A stretch of 64,000 nt of DNA from NCBI GenBank assembly GCA_033764015.1, contig JANRJK010000053.1, forward strand, positions 1 through 64,000, read 5' to 3'. Source of the DNA: Candidatus Sumerlaeia bacterium (lineage in GTDB: Bacteria; Sumerlaeota; Sumerlaeia; SLMS01; JANRJK01). How positions within the stretch are numbered: the first letter of the stretch is position 1; each line of letters begins with the position of its first letter. Positions 52,678-61,221 of the stretch are shown piece by piece. The position numbers and the translations under genes were made by a program. Below the pieces are notes generated by a model that worked only from the letters and a program-made list of their open reading frames with translations, ran no database searches and was not told where the DNA came from.

Positions 52678-53415
52678 CTACTTCAGCTTCCAGACCCGCT
52701 CACCCTGCTTCGTTGCTTGGCCTTGTCGCTCCTTGAGCTTCGCTTCGACGATTTCGTCGAGTGGCGGGCGGTCATCATTCGACAGGCCTTTTCGCTTGGC
52801 GCTAGCGAACAGCTTGACGAGCAATATGGCCGCGGCGGCAAGGAGCACGAGCCCGCTCCAGCGGCCAAGCCACGCCACATCGAGCAGGCCGAGGAGCCCG
52901 GCGGACGCCGCCGCGCCCGTGCCGAAGAGCCGCGGCGTGTTGGGCCAGCTCGACCACGCGACCACCACCGCGGCGAGCGCCGCCTGGTGTGGCAACGCGC
53001 CCATCGGCGAGTACCAGACTGCGCTCCAGAGGGACGAGAATTCGAGCCGGTATCCGAAAACCGGGTACCAGAATGCCGCGACAAGGCCGATCCAAGCGAC
53101 CGCCCGTCGACCCGTCTCCTCGCCCGCGGGCAGCGGCGTCAGCTTCCCCTCCGGTTGGGCAACGACCCAGCCCGCCGCCCCGAGGAGGACCAGCGACGGC
53201 AGTGCCGCCAGCCAGGTTTCGGTGCCGACGCAGAGCCGCACAGAGTTCAGCGCCAGCACCGCGAACACCAGCGGGGTGAGGCGCTTCGCGCGCGGATCCC
53301 GATCCAGCGCGGCCAGCAGGAGCGCCAGCGCGAGGCAGAGCTTCGACACGAGCCCGGTCAGGCCGTGCTGATCCCAAAGGAGCTGAAAGAGGAGGTTGAT
53401 CCGCCCTGCGTCCAT
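52678..53415 (-). CDS. Hypothetical integral membrane protein
   Basis: Several hydrophobic segments and a charged C-terminal tail. Confidence 0.7.
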   Translation of the reverse strand: MDAGRINLLFQLLWDQHGLTGLVSKLCLALALLLAALDRDPRAKRLTPLVFAVLALNSVRLCVGTETWLAALPSLVLLGAAGWVVAQPEGKLTPLPAGEETGRRAVAWIGLVAAFWYPVFGYRLEFSSLWSAVWYSPMGALPHQAALAAVVVAWSSWPNTPRLFGTGAAASAGLLGLLDVAWLGRWSGLVLLAAAAILLVKLFASAKRKGLSNDDRPPLDEIVEAKLKERQGQATKQGERVWKLK

Positions 53416-53521
53416 CGCCAAACCTCGTTCCGACCCAACCGCGGGTCGGTGGCTTGGTCTTATCTTTGCGCCCCGCAGTGTGTCCAGAGCGACTTGAATC
53501 CTGCCCGTGAGGCATCAGCCC

Positions 53522-54136
53522 GTGAAACTTCGGTATTTCTTCGCAGCCCTCCTGCTTACTACCACACCGGTGGCTTACGCCGGCGATGCCGACCCGCCCG
53601 CAGCAAGCGCGACAACGGAGCCCATCCAGATGCCCACAGAGTATCAAGTACCATCGCTTGACGAGAAGGGTTACGAGTCGCTGACGAAGAGCCACGGCTC
53701 GGACTTCCTTGTCGTGAACTATTGGGCGACTTGGTGCAGCCCGTGTGTCGAGGAGATTCCCTACTTCGTGAAGGTTGCCGCTGAGCAGAAGGCGGGACAT
53801 GTCCAGTTCGTCGGCTTGTCGCTCGACTTCCCGAACCAGGTGGAATCGAAGGTCGTCCCCTTCCTCAAGAAGGAAGGTGTCAAGTATCCGAACTTCCTAC
53901 TGGACGTTTATGATCAGGACGCTTTCATCGGCCAAGTGTCGGACGAATGGAACGGGGAGATCCCGGCCACGTTCATTTACGACCGGACGGGGAGGCTGGT
54001 CGCCAAGACGCTTCGCCCGGTTGACGAAGCCGAGTTGCGCGAGTTCGTCTCGAAGGCTACCAAGGCGTCGGACGGGAAGTCCGACGAGACGGCCTCGGAC
54101 GAGGTTGGCGCCGAGGGATCCGAACCCAAGCCCTAG
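53522..54136 (+). CDS. TlpA-family thiol-disulfide oxidoreductase
   Basis: Signal peptide; VVNYWATWCSPCVEEIP; IPATFIYD. Confidence 0.93.
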   Translation: MKLRYFFAALLLTTTPVAYAGDADPPAASATTEPIQMPTEYQVPSLDEKGYESLTKSHGSDFLVVNYWATWCSPCVEEIPYFVKVAAEQKAGHVQFVGLSLDFPNQVESKVVPFLKKEGVKYPNFLLDVYDQDAFIGQVSDEWNGEIPATFIYDRTGRLVAKTLRPVDEAELREFVSKATKASDGKSDETASDEVGAEGSEPKP

Positions 54137-55194
54137 TCGTCCAGAAACGAGAAGGTGAGCTCCACATCCACGCTTTTGCGCCCGAAGCTATCGGGCAAGG
54201 GAGCTAGTCGACCCACCTTCTTCAGTGCCTCGACGGCATAGGGATCCAGCGTCGACACTCCGGAGCTCCGGACGATGCGTGGGTTTTCGATCGATCCGTC
54301 GGCATTGATTCGAAACCCCACCACGGCCGTCATGTCTGTTTGCTTGTCAAAAGGAACGCGAAACGCTTCCGAGATTCGCGTCGCGGCTTGACGAGCGTAA
54401 AAGTCGGGCAAACCGGCACCCTTGATCGCGTCGCCCCCGTTTCCCCGGCCCGAGCCGATCGCGTTCGAGTTTCCCGAACCGGTTCCCCTGCCGGAGCCCG
54501 TGGCGGATGAGTTTCCCGACCCGCGTCCTCCCTGTGACCCCTTTCCCGCACCTGGGGAGTTTGAAGAACCGGCGGAGCGCGCCTCGCCGGGCGTAAGAGC
54601 CTTCCCGGAAGACGCCTTGGCCCCCTCGCGGGCCATTGCCGCAGCGGGGAGAGCGGACTTGGCGGAGGGGGGAACCGCGGTCCGGGACGGCTTGGCGGTC
54701 GCCGCGGGGATCGGCGTGGCCCGGGCGGAGGCGATCGGTTTGGGCGATGCAGTCGGCTTCGGTGTGCGGGTGGGCTGCGGCTCGGGGGTTGGCGCGGCAG
54801 TCGGCGAGGCCGTCGGTTTGGGTGTCGACGTCGGCTTCGGGGTCGGCTTTGGAGTGGCCTTCGCCTTCGGCTTGTTGCGCGAGACCAACAGCTCCTTAGG
54901 CGCCTCCGACTCGTCCTCCTCTTCGACAGCGACGGACTCGCGGTCGGGCTTCGGCGGCGGCGGTGTCGGTTCCGCGGGCGGCTCGATGTCCGGCGGCGCC
55001 AGCTCGGCGATCATGGCCCCCGCCGCGGCCCCGCTCCCCGCACTGCCCGAGTCCATCCCCGATTCGCCGAACAGATTCCCGGCCCGCGAGCTGAACGTGA
55101 GGGGGAGCAGCAGCACGAGAAACGCAACGTGAAGCAGCATTGCTTTACGTAGCGCGCTCTTTGGAGGCAGGTGGCCCGGGTGGGTGGAGATCAC
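54133..55194 (-). CDS. TolA/TonB-family energy transducer
   Basis: N-terminal TM, Pro/Lys/Thr-rich linker, TonB_C-like FRINADGSI..IVRSSG..LD..A. Confidence 0.85.
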   Translation of the reverse strand: MISTHPGHLPPKSALRKAMLLHVAFLVLLLPLTFSSRAGNLFGESGMDSGSAGSGAAAGAMIAELAPPDIEPPAEPTPPPPKPDRESVAVEEEDESEAPKELLVSRNKPKAKATPKPTPKPTSTPKPTASPTAAPTPEPQPTRTPKPTASPKPIASARATPIPAATAKPSRTAVPPSAKSALPAAAMAREGAKASSGKALTPGEARSAGSSNSPGAGKGSQGGRGSGNSSATGSGRGTGSGNSNAIGSGRGNGGDAIKGAGLPDFYARQAATRISEAFRVPFDKQTDMTAVVGFRINADGSIENPRIVRSSGVSTLDPYAVEALKKVGRLAPLPDSFGRKSVDVELTFSFLDD

Positions 55195-55212
55195 GCCTGA
55201 GAGGCCCTTCCG

Positions 55213-55641
55213 CTAATCGCCACGGTCAGTGATCAGGCCGATTTCGCCGATGCCGGCGGCGCGCAGGCTTGTGATGACGGTGGCGACTTCCTGCCATGGC
55301 ACCCGTCGATCGGAGTTGAGCAGTATAGGCTTATCACTTGACGCAAGTGAAGCAGCCTTCAGCGACGAGACGAGGTCAGGCACCTGTACCTCTTTGCTGT
55401 TGAGGAAAACGCGCCCCTCTCCCGCTGCGGAGTCCCAACGGATGTCGATGTTGTGCGGGGTGCGCTTCGCGTCGAACCGGGGCGCCTCGCGAACCTTCGG
55501 GAGTTCCAGGTCGACGCCATTCTTCAAGGCTGGCGCCACGATCATGAAGGCGATGAGTAGACAGAACACAATGTCGAGCATTGAGGTGATGTTGATCTGC
55601 GGCTCAGGTAGGGCCGCGATCCGCCGGTGACGTCGCGCCAT
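55213..55641 (-). CDS. TolR/ExbD family protein
   Basis: INITSMLDIVFCLLIAFMIVAP, VDLELP, SDRRVP. Confidence 0.92.
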   Translation of the reverse strand: MARRHRRIAALPEPQINITSMLDIVFCLLIAFMIVAPALKNGVDLELPKVREAPRFDAKRTPHNIDIRWDSAAGEGRVFLNSKEVQVPDLVSSLKAASLASSDKPILLNSDRRVPWQEVATVITSLRAAGIGEIGLITDRGD

Positions 55642-55645
55642 CGGG

Positions 55646-56368
55646 CTAGGCTCCCGCCGTGAGGCGCTGGAACTCACGCTGGAGCAGTGGTTCGAGACGT
55701 CCGGAGTACCGCTCCAGGTCCGAGAGGATTTCACGGACGCGTGCCGACAAGTAAGTATGCATGACGGTCGCCGGAATCGCGACTACAAGGCCGAAGATCG
55801 TCGTGACCAGTGCAGTCGAAAGGCCTGGAGCCAGTGTGGCCAGGGAGGCGTCGCCGTTGCCCATCGCTTGGAACGATCCGAGGATGCCCCAAACCGTTCC
55901 AAAGAGACCAAGGAAGGGCGCCAGGCTGATTGAGAGCCCGAGGACGTGGAGACCGCGCTCCAATCGGTGCTGCTCCTCGGCGAATACACGATCCATGGTC
56001 GAGTCGATGATCGGCCTCGCCTTGGCCATGGGCTCCTCTCCGCTCCCAAGGAACCAGCCTTCGAGGTCGCATTCGACGAACACTTCGCGGGTTAGGACGG
56101 CCAGCGGGCTATCCGGATGCCTCCGGCAAATGAGGAACAGTCCGGGAAGAGAGCCGGAGCGATCCCCGGCCGCAGAGAGGAACTGCTGCGAGGAGGCCAT
56201 CGCGTCGCGGAACTCCGCATGTTTCCAAATCAAGACCGAAAAGGTCAGGATGGACAGCCCGGCCAGAATGAAAATGACCACCCAGCCGACGAAATCGTTG
56301 AGGAAGATCGCTGAGACCAGGTCCGTGTCCATGTCGAACAGACCGGCCAAGAGTGGGAGTGCGTGCAT
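55646..56368 (-). CDS. TolQ/ExbB/MotA proton-channel family protein
   Basis: APFLGLFGTVWGI, LAPGLSTALVTTIFGLVVAIPA. Confidence 0.93.
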   Translation of the reverse strand: MHALPLLAGLFDMDTDLVSAIFLNDFVGWVVIFILAGLSILTFSVLIWKHAEFRDAMASSQQFLSAAGDRSGSLPGLFLICRRHPDSPLAVLTREVFVECDLEGWFLGSGEEPMAKARPIIDSTMDRVFAEEQHRLERGLHVLGLSISLAPFLGLFGTVWGILGSFQAMGNGDASLATLAPGLSTALVTTIFGLVVAIPATVMHTYLSARVREILSDLERYSGRLEPLLQREFQRLTAGA

Positions 56369-56394
56369 TCCGGCAACCCTGCGTGGGGTCCCAG

Positions 56395-57333
56395 CTACTC
56401 CTTCAAGTCGAGCAACTCCAACACTCTATCCAGATCGTCCAAGGACTGCCAATTGACTTCGAGGACGCCGCTGGTGGCGGAGGTGCGCCGTACTTTGACG
56501 GGGCAGCCGAGTCGCTCGACGAGTCGCTCCCGCAGATCATCAATGTCAATATCTTCCGAGCCCTTTTTCTTCCGCATCGAGGCGGGCTGGGCTGGCTTCG
56601 GAGGGGGCTGGTTGATCGCGTTGGCGCGGCGCTCCGCTTCGCGGACCGATAGGCCTTGGGTGACGATTTCGAGGAAGAGGCGCCTGCGGAGCTTCTGGTC
56701 CGGGATCGAAAGGAGCGCCCGGGCATGGCCCGGCGTCAGCGAATGGTCACGGACGGCTTGCTGCATCTCCTCATCCAAATTCAATAATCTCAGCGCATTG
56801 GCGATTGTCGGGCGCTTCTTGCCGACGCGCTCCGCGATCTCCTCCTGGGTCCAGCCGAACTGGAGCATCAGGTCGCGGTACGCCTCCGCCTCTTCCAGCG
56901 GATTCAGGTCGTCGCGCTGGACGTTTTCGACGATCGAGAGTTCGAGCAGTTCCGCGTCGGTGGCCTCGATCACTTGCGCGGGAATCTCGCTGAAGCCGGC
57001 GAGCTGGGCCGCGCGCCAGCGCCGCTCCCCCGCAAGGAGCGTGTATCCCGCGCCCGTCGCGGAGCCCGGCGTGACAACGATCGGTTGGAGGACCCCGTGC
57101 CGCTTCAGCGACGCGGCGAGGTCATCGAGCTTCCCCTGGTCGAAGAACTTGCGTGGCTGCCGGGGGTTGGGCGTGATTTGGTCGACCCGGATGCGGAGTT
57201 GCCCCATGGCGGGCTCTTCCACCGGTGCCTTCGGGCTGGGCTTGGGTGCCGGCTTCGCGGGCGCGACGGGGGCGGGCGGCGCGGCGAGGAGGGTCTTGAT
57301 GCTCTGCGCCAAGGCGTTCTTGCGCGATTTCAT
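56395..57333 (-). CDS. parB: Chromosome partitioning protein ParB
   Basis: NPRQPRKFF, GVLQPIVV, AGERRWRAA, ENVQRDDLNPLEEA, HTH, GHARALL. Confidence 0.97.
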   Translation of the reverse strand: MKSRKNALAQSIKTLLAAPPAPVAPAKPAPKPSPKAPVEEPAMGQLRIRVDQITPNPRQPRKFFDQGKLDDLAASLKRHGVLQPIVVTPGSATGAGYTLLAGERRWRAAQLAGFSEIPAQVIEATDAELLELSIVENVQRDDLNPLEEAEAYRDLMLQFGWTQEEIAERVGKKRPTIANALRLLNLDEEMQQAVRDHSLTPGHARALLSIPDQKLRRRLFLEIVTQGLSVREAERRANAINQPPPKPAQPASMRKKKGSEDIDIDDLRERLVERLGCPVKVRRTSATSGVLEVNWQSLDDLDRVLELLDLKE

Positions 57334-57336
57334 GGG

Positions 57337-58137
57337 TCAGCCTTTCTTCCGCCTGCCATGGAGGCGGCCAAGGTACTCGTAGGTGAACGCCTCGTAAGCG
57401 CGGGCGCCGCTCCCCCAGCGGTCGTAGTCGAAGATCGTCCGCCGCACGCCCGGGCATTCGCTCAAGCGCACCGTCCGCGGAATCGTTGCGTTGAAGACCT
57501 GGTCCCCGAGGGCCTCGCGCAGCCCATCCACGACGGAGTTCGAGATGTTCGTGCGCGAGTCGACCATCGTCACCAGATAGCCGAGGATATTGAGCGGCGC
57601 GTCGCCATGCGCCCGGAGCGCCTCGAGCGTGCGCTGCATGTTGATGACGCCTTCGAGGGCGAGGTACTCCGCCTGGACGGGGATGACGATGTTGTCCGCG
57701 GCGTGGAGGATGTTCAGGGTCGTCATCCCGAGGGACGGCGGGGCGTCGATGATGATGTTGTCGAAGGCGCCTTCCACAGCGTCGAGGGCGCGCTTCAGGA
57801 CTTGGTGGCGTCCTTCCGGGAGGAGGACGAGGCGGAAGTCCGCCGCGACGAGGTCGCCGCCCCCGCCGTAGAGGGAGACCGCTTCGACGGCGGAGGGTGA
57901 GGGAGGCGGCGGGGCGGCCTCCGGCTCGAGCAGAGCGGCGGAGCTGGCCGAGTCGGGCTCGGCGCCGAGGCTCAAGGAGGCGTTTCCTTGCGCGTCGAGG
58001 TCGACGACGAGCACGCGCCGCCCTTGCAGGGCGAGGCCGTGCGCGAGGCTGACGACGGTGGTTGTCTTTCCCACGCCGCCCTTCTGATTGATCACCGCGG
58101 TGCGGACTGTTTCACGTGAAACACGCTGTCGGGCCAA
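57337..58137 (-). CDS. parA: Chromosome partitioning ATPase ParA/Soj
   Basis: NQKGGVGKTT, DLDAQGN, IDAPPSLG, PVQAEYLALEG, IPRTVRLSE. Confidence 0.96.
   Translation of the reverse strand: MARQRVSRETVRTAVINQKGGVGKTTTVVSLAHGLALQGRRVLVVDLDAQGNASLSLGAEPDSASSAALLEPEAAPPPPSPSAVEAVSLYGGGGDLVAADFRLVLLPEGRHQVLKRALDAVEGAFDNIIIDAPPSLGMTTLNILHAADNIVIPVQAEYLALEGVINMQRTLEALRAHGDAPLNILGYLVTMVDSRTNISNSVVDGLREALGDQVFNATIPRTVRLSECPGVRRTIFDYDRWGSGARAYEAFTYEYLGRLHGRRKKG
58108..58123. promoter_or_regulatory. parS: parS centromere site
   Basis: Perfect palindrome TGTTTCACGTGAAACA. Confidence 0.95.
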
Positions 58138-58230
58138 TTGCCGGTCCAGCCTTTCCTTGTTGCGATCACACGGAGAGGCTGTTTCCGGGGGGGCCGAACC
58201 GGCAAGCGCATTCGGCGCGGCGGGGTCGCC

Positions 58231-58259
58231 TTGACACGCGGGGGCGTGCGGGGGACCCT
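58231..58259 (+). promoter_or_regulatory. Possible sigma70 promoter for tRNA-Gln and the glmU operon
   Basis: TTGACA, 17 bp spacer, weak GACCCT -10. Confidence 0.4.
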
Positions 58260-58273
58260 AGCATCCTTACCGC

Positions 58274-58349
58274 TGGGGGTTCGCCAAGCTGGTAAGGCAT
58301 CGGCCTTTGGAGCCGACATTCGCAGGTTCGAGTCCTGCACCCCCAGCCA
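58274..58349 (+). tRNA. tRNA-Gln(TTG)
   Basis: TGGGGGT..TCGGC-CTTTGGA-GCCGA..GGTTCGAGTCC..ACCCCCAGCCA. Confidence 0.97.
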
Positions 58350-58410
58350 GCATTGGAGCCGGGCTGCCGAACCGGGCGGCCCGGCTCTACCTTTATCCGA
58401 GAGGCGAGAC

Positions 58411-59403
58411 ATGGCGGACGGTGCGGCGGCGATTGTGTTGGCGGCGGGCGAAGGGAAGCGGATGAAGACATCGCTTCCGAAGGTGCTCCATCCGGTCCTC
58501 GGTGTTCCGATGCTGCATCGCGTGGTGCGGGCGCTGAGCGGCGCCGGCGTGGCGCGGATCGTTGTGGTTATTGGACATGCCGCGGACGCGGTGCGGGCTT
58601 CGCTCGATGGCCTCGGGGTCTCGACGGCGCTCCAGGCGGAGCAGCTCGGGACGGGGCACGCCGCGCGCTGCGCGCTGCCGGAGCTGGAAGGCTGGGCGGG
58701 GCCCGTGGTGGTGGCGTGCGGCGACACGCCGCTGGTGACGGCGGAGTTGTTCCGGGGCGCGCTCGACGCGCACGCGGCGGCGGGGGCGGCGGCGACGGTG
58801 GTGACGTGCCGGGTGCCGCAGCCCGGCTCCTACGGGCGGATCGTGCGGGGGGTCGGCGGCGGGGTGGAGGCGATCATGGAGTTCCGCGACGCGTCCGCGG
58901 AGCAGCGCGCGATCGACGAAATCAATTCGGGGAATTATGTTTTCTCCGGTGGAATTCTGCCGGATTATCTGGCGCAATTACGGGCGGATAATTCGCAGCG
59001 GGAATATTACCTGACGGACGTCGTGGGCTTGCTGCGCAAGGGCGGAAGCGCTGTCGCCGGATTTATGCGCCCTGATTTCCGGGAATTATTGGGGGTTAAT
59101 TCCCTCGCCGAATTGGCCGATGCGGAAAACATCCTGTCCACGGCGGCGGCCGCGCGGCTGATGGCGTCGGGCGTCGCGGTGCGGTCGCCGGCGACGTGCC
59201 GGATCGCGCCGGAGGCGGAGGTCGGGCGCGATTCGGTGGTGCTCCCCGGGGTGTCGCTCGAGGGCGCCTGCCGCCTGGGCGAGCGCTGCGTGGTGGGGCC
59301 GAACGTGGTGCTGCGCGACGCGGTGCTGCCGGCGGGCACGCGGGTGTCGCCGCTCGGGGTCGAGATGGAATCCCCCTTGGCCCGCGGCGCGGCGGAGGGT
59401 TGA
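58411..59403 (+). CDS. glmU: GlmU-like uridylyltransferase, short form (330 aa)
   Basis: LAAGEGKRMKT.LPKVLH, EQLGTGHA, GDTPL, YGRIVR, EINSG, EYYLTD; only a few hexapeptide repeats. Confidence 0.9.
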   Translation: MADGAAAIVLAAGEGKRMKTSLPKVLHPVLGVPMLHRVVRALSGAGVARIVVVIGHAADAVRASLDGLGVSTALQAEQLGTGHAARCALPELEGWAGPVVVACGDTPLVTAELFRGALDAHAAAGAAATVVTCRVPQPGSYGRIVRGVGGGVEAIMEFRDASAEQRAIDEINSGNYVFSGGILPDYLAQLRADNSQREYYLTDVVGLLRKGGSAVAGFMRPDFRELLGVNSLAELADAENILSTAAAARLMASGVAVRSPATCRIAPEAEVGRDSVVLPGVSLEGACRLGERCVVGPNVVLRDAVLPAGTRVSPLGVEMESPLARGAAEG

Positions 59404-59414
59404 ACGGGTTCATT

Positions 59415-60428
59415 ATGTCGAACAGACCCAGCCGCCGCGCCCACGCCCCGCAACTAGCCGACCCCTTCCTCGGCGAACCCCCCGTGATCCTGCCGGGCTC
59501 GGCGTCGATCGATCTGGCGTCGGAGATCGCGAAGAAGCTCGGCACGACGCTCGGGCGGGTGACGATCGAGCCATTTTCCGACGGCGAGACGTTTGTCAAA
59601 ATCCTTGATAATGTGCGCGGACGCGATGTGTTCGTGATCCAAAGCACGTCGTTCCCGGCGAACGAGCACATCATGCAGCTCCTGCTGCTGATGGACGCGG
59701 CGCGGCGCGCGTCGGCGCAGCGCGTGACGGCGGTGATCCCCTACTTCGGCTACGCGCGGCAGGACCGCAAGGACCAGGGGCGCGTGGCGCTTTCCGCGAA
59801 GCTGGTGGCGAACCTGATCGCGACGGCGGGGGCGGACCGGTTGCTGACGGTGGACCTGCACGCGAACCAGTTGCAGGGCTTCTTCGACATGCCGGTGGAC
59901 CACCTGCTGGGCGGCCCGGCGCTGATCGACTATGTGCGCAAGAAGCTGAAACTGAAGAAGATCACGGTGGTTTCGCCGGACGTCGGGAACGTGAAGATGG
60001 CGCGCAACTTCGCGAACCAGCTCGACGCGCCGCTGGCGATCGTCGACAAGAGGCGGCCCAAGCCGAACGTTTCGGAGGTGATGTCGATCATCGGCGAGGA
60101 GCAGATCGCCGGGCGCGACGTGTGCATCTTCGATGATATGATTGACACGGCGGGCACCATCTGTAATGCAGCACGGGCAGTCTGCGAGAGGGGCGCGCTC
60201 GACGTGTACGCCCTTTGCAGCCATGCGGTGCTCAGCGGAACCGCCCTGGAGCGGCTTGCGGACGCTCCGATCAAGCAGGTGGTGGTGACGAACACGATCC
60301 ACCACGACTTGCAGCGACTGCCGAAGAAGGTGAAGACGATCTCGATCGCGCCCCTTCTGGCCCAAGCCATCGACAGGATCCACACCCACCGGTCCGTCAG
60401 CGACCTGTTCAGCGGCAAGAACCGCTGA
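59415..60428 (+). CDS. prs: Ribose-phosphate pyrophosphokinase
   Basis: FSDGE, PYFGYARQDRK, DLHA, VVSPDVG, DDMIDTAGT. Confidence 0.98.
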   Translation: MSNRPSRRAHAPQLADPFLGEPPVILPGSASIDLASEIAKKLGTTLGRVTIEPFSDGETFVKILDNVRGRDVFVIQSTSFPANEHIMQLLLLMDAARRASAQRVTAVIPYFGYARQDRKDQGRVALSAKLVANLIATAGADRLLTVDLHANQLQGFFDMPVDHLLGGPALIDYVRKKLKLKKITVVSPDVGNVKMARNFANQLDAPLAIVDKRRPKPNVSEVMSIIGEEQIAGRDVCIFDDMIDTAGTICNAARAVCERGALDVYALCSHAVLSGTALERLADAPIKQVVVTNTIHHDLQRLPKKVKTISIAPLLAQAIDRIHTHRSVSDLFSGKNR

Positions 60429-60450
60429 CCCATTCGGAGGAAACACCCCC

Positions 60451-61083
60451 ATGTCCAGTGCCAAACTCGCGCTGAACGCCCAAGTGCGCGCCGACAAGCG
60501 CGGCAAGGAATACGCCGCGAAGCTCCGCCAGCAAGGCAAGATCCCCGGCGTTGTGTACGGCGCCCACCAGGACACCGTGAGCCTGGAACTCGAATCGCAC
60601 GCGTTCGACGGCGTCCGCGCCAGCCTGCGCGGCGAACAGCTCCTCGTCGACCTCAACCTCTCCAACGGCGTGAAGGAGAAGGTCTTCATCAAGAGCGTGC
60701 AGCGCGAGCCGCTGTCGCAGCGCATCATCCACGTGGACCTGCTCCGCGTGAACCTGAACGAGGCGATCACGCTGCCGGTCCCCGTGAGCGGCATCGGCGT
60801 CCCGTACGGCGTCCGCAACGACGGCGGCATGCTCGAGCAGGTGCTCCGCACGGTGACCATCACCTGCCTGCCGGAGAAGATGCCCCCGCACATCGACGTC
60901 GACCTGACGAACATGCTGGTCGGCCAGTCGGTGCACGTGTACGACCTGCCGAAGCTGGAAGGCGTCACCTACGCGCACCCGGAGCAGGTGATCTTCGCCT
61001 GCCTCAGCAAGACCGAGGAAAAGGCGGTCGCCGCTCCGGCGGGCGCCGCCCCGGCCGCCGCGGCGGCCGGCGCCAAGGTCTAA
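60451..61083 (+). CDS. rplY: 50S ribosomal protein L25/Ctc
   Basis: LRQQGKIPGVVYG, VQREPL..IIHVDL, GVRNDGGML; GGAGG RBS. Confidence 0.96.
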   Translation: MSSAKLALNAQVRADKRGKEYAAKLRQQGKIPGVVYGAHQDTVSLELESHAFDGVRASLRGEQLLVDLNLSNGVKEKVFIKSVQREPLSQRIIHVDLLRVNLNEAITLPVPVSGIGVPYGVRNDGGMLEQVLRTVTITCLPEKMPPHIDVDLTNMLVGQSVHVYDLPKLEGVTYAHPEQVIFACLSKTEEKAVAAPAGAAPAAAAAGAKV

Positions 61084-61135
61084 CCGGCGCGGCGCGGCCA
61101 GCGCCGCGCACGCGACCAGTCCGCACGGCCCACAA

Positions 61136-61168
61136 CGGCCCGGGAGCAATCCCGGGCCGATTCGTGTT
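61136..61168 (+). terminator. Terminator after rplY
   Basis: CGGCCCGGGA-GCAA-TCCCGGGCCG followed by ATTCGTGTT. Confidence 0.65.
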
Positions 61169-61221
61169 GGCGGCGCCGAACGGATTGACCGTCCTCCCCC
61201 GGCGCCGCTCCATTACCCGGC

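Noticed and set aside
54700..54880. Tandem repeats in the TolA/TonB-like gene
   Set aside because: Ordinary Pro-Lys-Thr linker coding repeats.
57337..58400. oriC within the window
   Set aside because: parS is present but there is no dnaA gene, DnaA-box cluster or AT-rich unwinding element; one near-match box at 38229 is isolated.
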